The notes beneath the pieces were generated by a model. It had not been told where the DNA came from and searched no databases. It saw nothing but the letters and a program-made list of their open reading frames with translations. A DNA stretch of 63,985 nt, counting the filler, from Phoronis australis (lineage: Eukaryota > Animalia > Phoronida): the NCBI GenBank assembly GCA_002633005.1. It is 8 parts of 8 records of this genome, joined end to end, with 100 filler letters (N's around TTAATTAATTAA, not from the genome) between each part and the next. Parts side by side here need not be neighbours in the genome. Positions count along the whole stretch, not along the records: positions 51,944 to 61,875 come from NMRA01001495.1; positions 61,976 to 63,985 come from NMRA01003899.1; 6 more parts are not named here. One strand, written 5' to 3'. Position numbers and translations under genes: made by a program. The number at the start of each line of letters is the position of its first letter. Within the stretch, counting starts at the first letter, position 1. This document shows, piece by piece, positions 60,933 to 63,985 of the stretch.

Positions 60933-61865
60933 TTAAGTACTAGTCCACGAGAGCACCAACCATGAGCGGCAAGGTGGGGGTCAGCCGATTTTTACCAAAT
61001 TTGGCACAAACCACTGCACAACAGAAAACATAACTAAAAAAACATAAACAGACTTTCTAAATACAGGCTTGCAGTCATGATTTAAGTACTAGTCCACGAG
61101 AGCACCAGCCATGAGCGGCAAGGTGGGGGTCAGCCGATTTTCACCAAAATTGGCACATAGGTAGTCCTATGGGATCTATAAACAGCGGTAAAATATTTCC
61201 TCAAAATATTGCGTTTTTCTGAAGTTATAGGCTCAAACACATTTTATGGCTTCGCAGCCATGTTTTCACGGTATAAAACTGTCCAGATTTAACTGTTCGT
61301 CTTTTTCCTTGAATGAAAGCTATTGATTTATTATTCACTTGGCATTGTTTAGGGGTGCCTGTAGATTGTTACACAGATGTCTTGAAACACGATTCCGATT
61401 TACCGCCCTCATTTAGTAGTTTTACTACACTGCCCCCCGTTATGCCATTTTGAGGTTGTGTTCGGTACACTGCTGTACCAAATCTGCCCCCACTGTTATG
61501 AGAATGAAACTTAGCCAAAATGTTGACAAAACATGTTACTTTCATTTCATAAAATAAAAACTTTGTCAGCCAGTTCATTAGTTATATATTTTGGCACCTC
61601 AAATGTACTAAAATGAGAAATTTACATATATCTGCGATCGATGCGTGAGCACCGTAAAATCCGATTGTCCTTCATGTTTTTCGATATTTTCCAACAAGTT
61701 AGTTCCTCCTGAATGTTTTGAACGTTTTACTACTGATCACTTAGGGCTATAGTACCCCTAAATACCATACATGGCTCCCTTTTGTAAAAAGCCGATTGTG
61801 TCCTCCACAGTGAACAGGATTAGACATGAACTCGACAAATGTACGTTATTTTGATTTACAGTTGT
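60933..61865 (+). repeat. Interspersed element with duplicated 5' end (60933-61008 and 61082 onward), homologous to 38083-38845
   Basis: Both starts read TTAAGTACTAGTCCACGAGAGCACCA. The TTAA flank suggests a Kolobok/piggyBac-type target. Confidence 0.8.
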
Positions 61866-62113
61866 TTTATTTTGCNNNNNNNNNNNNNNNNNNNNNNNNN
61901 NNNNNNNNNNNNNNNNNNNTTAATTAATTAANNNNNNNNNNNNNNNNNNNNNNNNNNNNNNNNNNNNNNNNNNNNATTTTAATGTCTTTAGGATGATGTA
62001 AGTTTCATAAAACATAAGTGGGTACTAGTAGCAACAATAGGTAAACATGTTTGCCTTGTTGATCTTAACTGAATTGTAAACTTGTCAGTTGTTGAAAGCC
62101 ATGAAAAATATCA

Positions 62114-63375
62114 TTTTTATGCGCCCACGCATTTATACGTGGTCGCATATTGCCGTCATCTCTGTCTGGGCGTCCGGCGTCTGCGGCTATATCTCCTAAG
62201 CCCCTTGCAGGATCTTACTGAAATTTGGCAAGTGTGTTCCTATGGAGTTGACGACAGAGGGCAACGAGTTTCGGACTGACCCGAATACCACTGTGCCCCC
62301 TAGTGGCAATTTTATTTTTTTACGTTTGCCTCTGTATCTTCAAAGGTCCTCAACCGATTTCCGTGAAATTTAGTACATAGGCATCTCTTAATGAGTTGAC
62401 GCTATCCTCTCGTTTTCGGATAGATTCGAGGCATTTTGCGCCATCTAATGGCCATGTTTACTGTTTTCGAGTCGTGTTTTTGGCGTCCGCCCCTCTAACA
62501 TCCAAACCACTTTAAGTATAATTTAGAAAATTGGCATGTATGTTCGTACTATGAGGAAGACAGTCGACGATGATTTTCCGATGACTTCGACCACTGTGGC
62601 ACCTCCTATTGGTAGTTTTGTTTGTTTTGCACCCATGGCTGTAGCTCCTAAAACGTTCTACAGGATCTGTATTAAATTTAGTAAATGTGTTTATATGAAG
62701 TTGATAACGCACGACAACGACTTTCGGACAGACCGGTGTGCCCCCTAGTGGTAGTTTTCGTTTTTTTCGCTTATCTCTGTATCTTCAAAGGTCCTCAACA
62801 GATTTCCATAAAATTTGGCCAATAGACATCTATTAGTGAGATGACGCTATCCTCCCGCTTTCAGATGAATTCATACTTTGTGCCACCTAGTGGCCATTTT
62901 TGTTGTTTTCGAGTCTGTTTTTGGCGTCTGTCTNTACGGTTGGCGATGATTTTCCGATGACCTCGAGTACTGTGGCGTCTCCTAGTGGCGGTTTTGTTTT
63001 TTTTGCACCCATACCTGTATCTTCTAAGCCCTCTGCAGGATCTTTATTAAATTTAGCATGTGTATTCGTATGAAATTAACAATAGAAGATGACGACTTTT
63101 AGACAGATCCCGACGAACACTGTACCCCCCCCATTGGCAATTTCATTTTTTCGTTTTCCTCTGTTTCTCTGAAGTTTCTTGACGAATTTTAAAAAAAAAC
63201 AATTGGTAAATGGCTTTCTTTTAAAGAAATGGCGACATTTTCTAGTTTTCAGACGGATTCGATGTATTTTGCGCCATCTAGTGGCCATTTCGATGATACA
63301 AACAAAGACGCCTAAAAACATATCATTTGCGATGCATTCTTAGGCACATTTCAACGCTCTGCATTGCTCTTGTTT
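62114..63375 (+). mobile_element. Helentron-associated (HINE/DINE-1-like) non-autonomous element with internal ~445-bp tandem core repeats
   Basis: T-run plus 5' hairpin ATGCGCCCACG..CGTGGTCGCAT, GTCY microsatellite-like tract, internal repeats of period 445 (62293, 62738), 3' end TTCAACGC...TTGCTCTTGTTT. Confidence 0.7.
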
Positions 63376-63457
63376 ATTTTCTTATACAATAACTTTTGGG
63401 AACCAAAACATTTCAGTTTTCAAGTCCTCAAGGTATTTAAATGAATTGCTCACACAG

Positions 63458-63664
63458 GTTGAAAAAGACGTCTTTGGAATAGTATCTGTAGCTGGTGTTG
63501 AACCTATTGTTGTGTTCACAAATGGACAGTGCCAGTTCCTAGGCCAGACTGCAGAATCACCATTGATTGAAGTGTGTAAACTTGAAAGTGGTGAAAAGCT
63601 GCTATGGGCTGGTGCTGCTTTAGTGAAGAATAAAGTCTATGTGGTGATTACTACAGACATGAAG
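63458..63664 (+). CDS. NOL11: NOL11-like (nucleolar protein 11) internal exon
   Basis: CACACAG|...|GTAATG, 69 codons, phase 0/0. VEKDVFGIVSVAGVEPIVVFTNG...W...VVITT resembles vertebrate NOL11 [20 protein letters not shown]...W...LIFITE. Confidence 0.75.
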
Positions 63665-63917
63665 GTAATGCTGTGCCCATCTATCTAAAATGTACTTGTA
63701 AAATCACATTGCTATGAAAGGAGATAAGTAAAAATGTGTTTATGATTGGTCGTTAAGTTTTCCTTTTTTTGTAATTGACTGTCACTTTTTGAAAACAGCA
63801 AATAGTTAACTTGTAAGGAGTGAATACTGCAAAGACGGTGTAAGCACCAGAAATCATAATTTCTAGTTTTGGAAAATGCAAATAAGCCTCCTGCAGCGAC
63901 TTGTTTGAAAACCTTTG

Positions 63918-63985
63918 CTTTGGCTCATGTATTGGGGACAATTCTTAGTGTTACTTTGGCTCATGTATTGGGGACAATTCTTAGT
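63918..63985 (+). repeat. 36-bp tandem repeat (2 copies, cut by window end)
   Basis: CTTTGGCTCATGTATTGGGGACAATTCTTAGTGTTA repeated. Confidence 0.8.

Noticed and set aside
61976-62005. Upstream NOL11 exon ending at GTAAGT
   Set aside because: The phase-0 frame needed to join 63458 contains stop codons.

Overview
This is AT-rich metazoan genomic DNA, probably from a marine invertebrate (inferred from the repeat landscape). It is not prokaryotic and not one locus. Seven artificial 100-bp linkers (N44-TTAATTAATTAA-N44) concatenate eight contigs, so adjacency across linkers has no biological meaning. Three spliced host genes are partly visible: a TMEM63/OSCA channel (3 exons), a TMEM26-like gene (first 2 coding exons) and one NOL11-like exon. 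The rest is mostly mobile DNA: L1/Tx1 and RTEX-like LINE fragments, two Gmr1-like Ty3/Gypsy remnants, five THAP-domain DNA-transposon remnants, MITEs and a Helentron/HINE-like element. The most unusual structure is a ~14-kb compound macrosatellite (9.3-23.3 kb), in which ordered blocks of 38-bp monomers alternate with a conserved ~660-bp segment. It looks CRISPR-like but is not CRISPR, and two AT-targeting THAP transposons have inserted about 19 bp apart in unit coordinates. Other notable items: a 39-bp minisatellite that multiplies a TMEM63 splice donor at least 8 times, an LTR with a perfect 6-unit heat-shock element next to its TATA box, a tandem array of tRNA A-box heads, and a CTCF-like motif array in the HINE-like element. 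All family calls come from visual motif recognition; no database searches were run.
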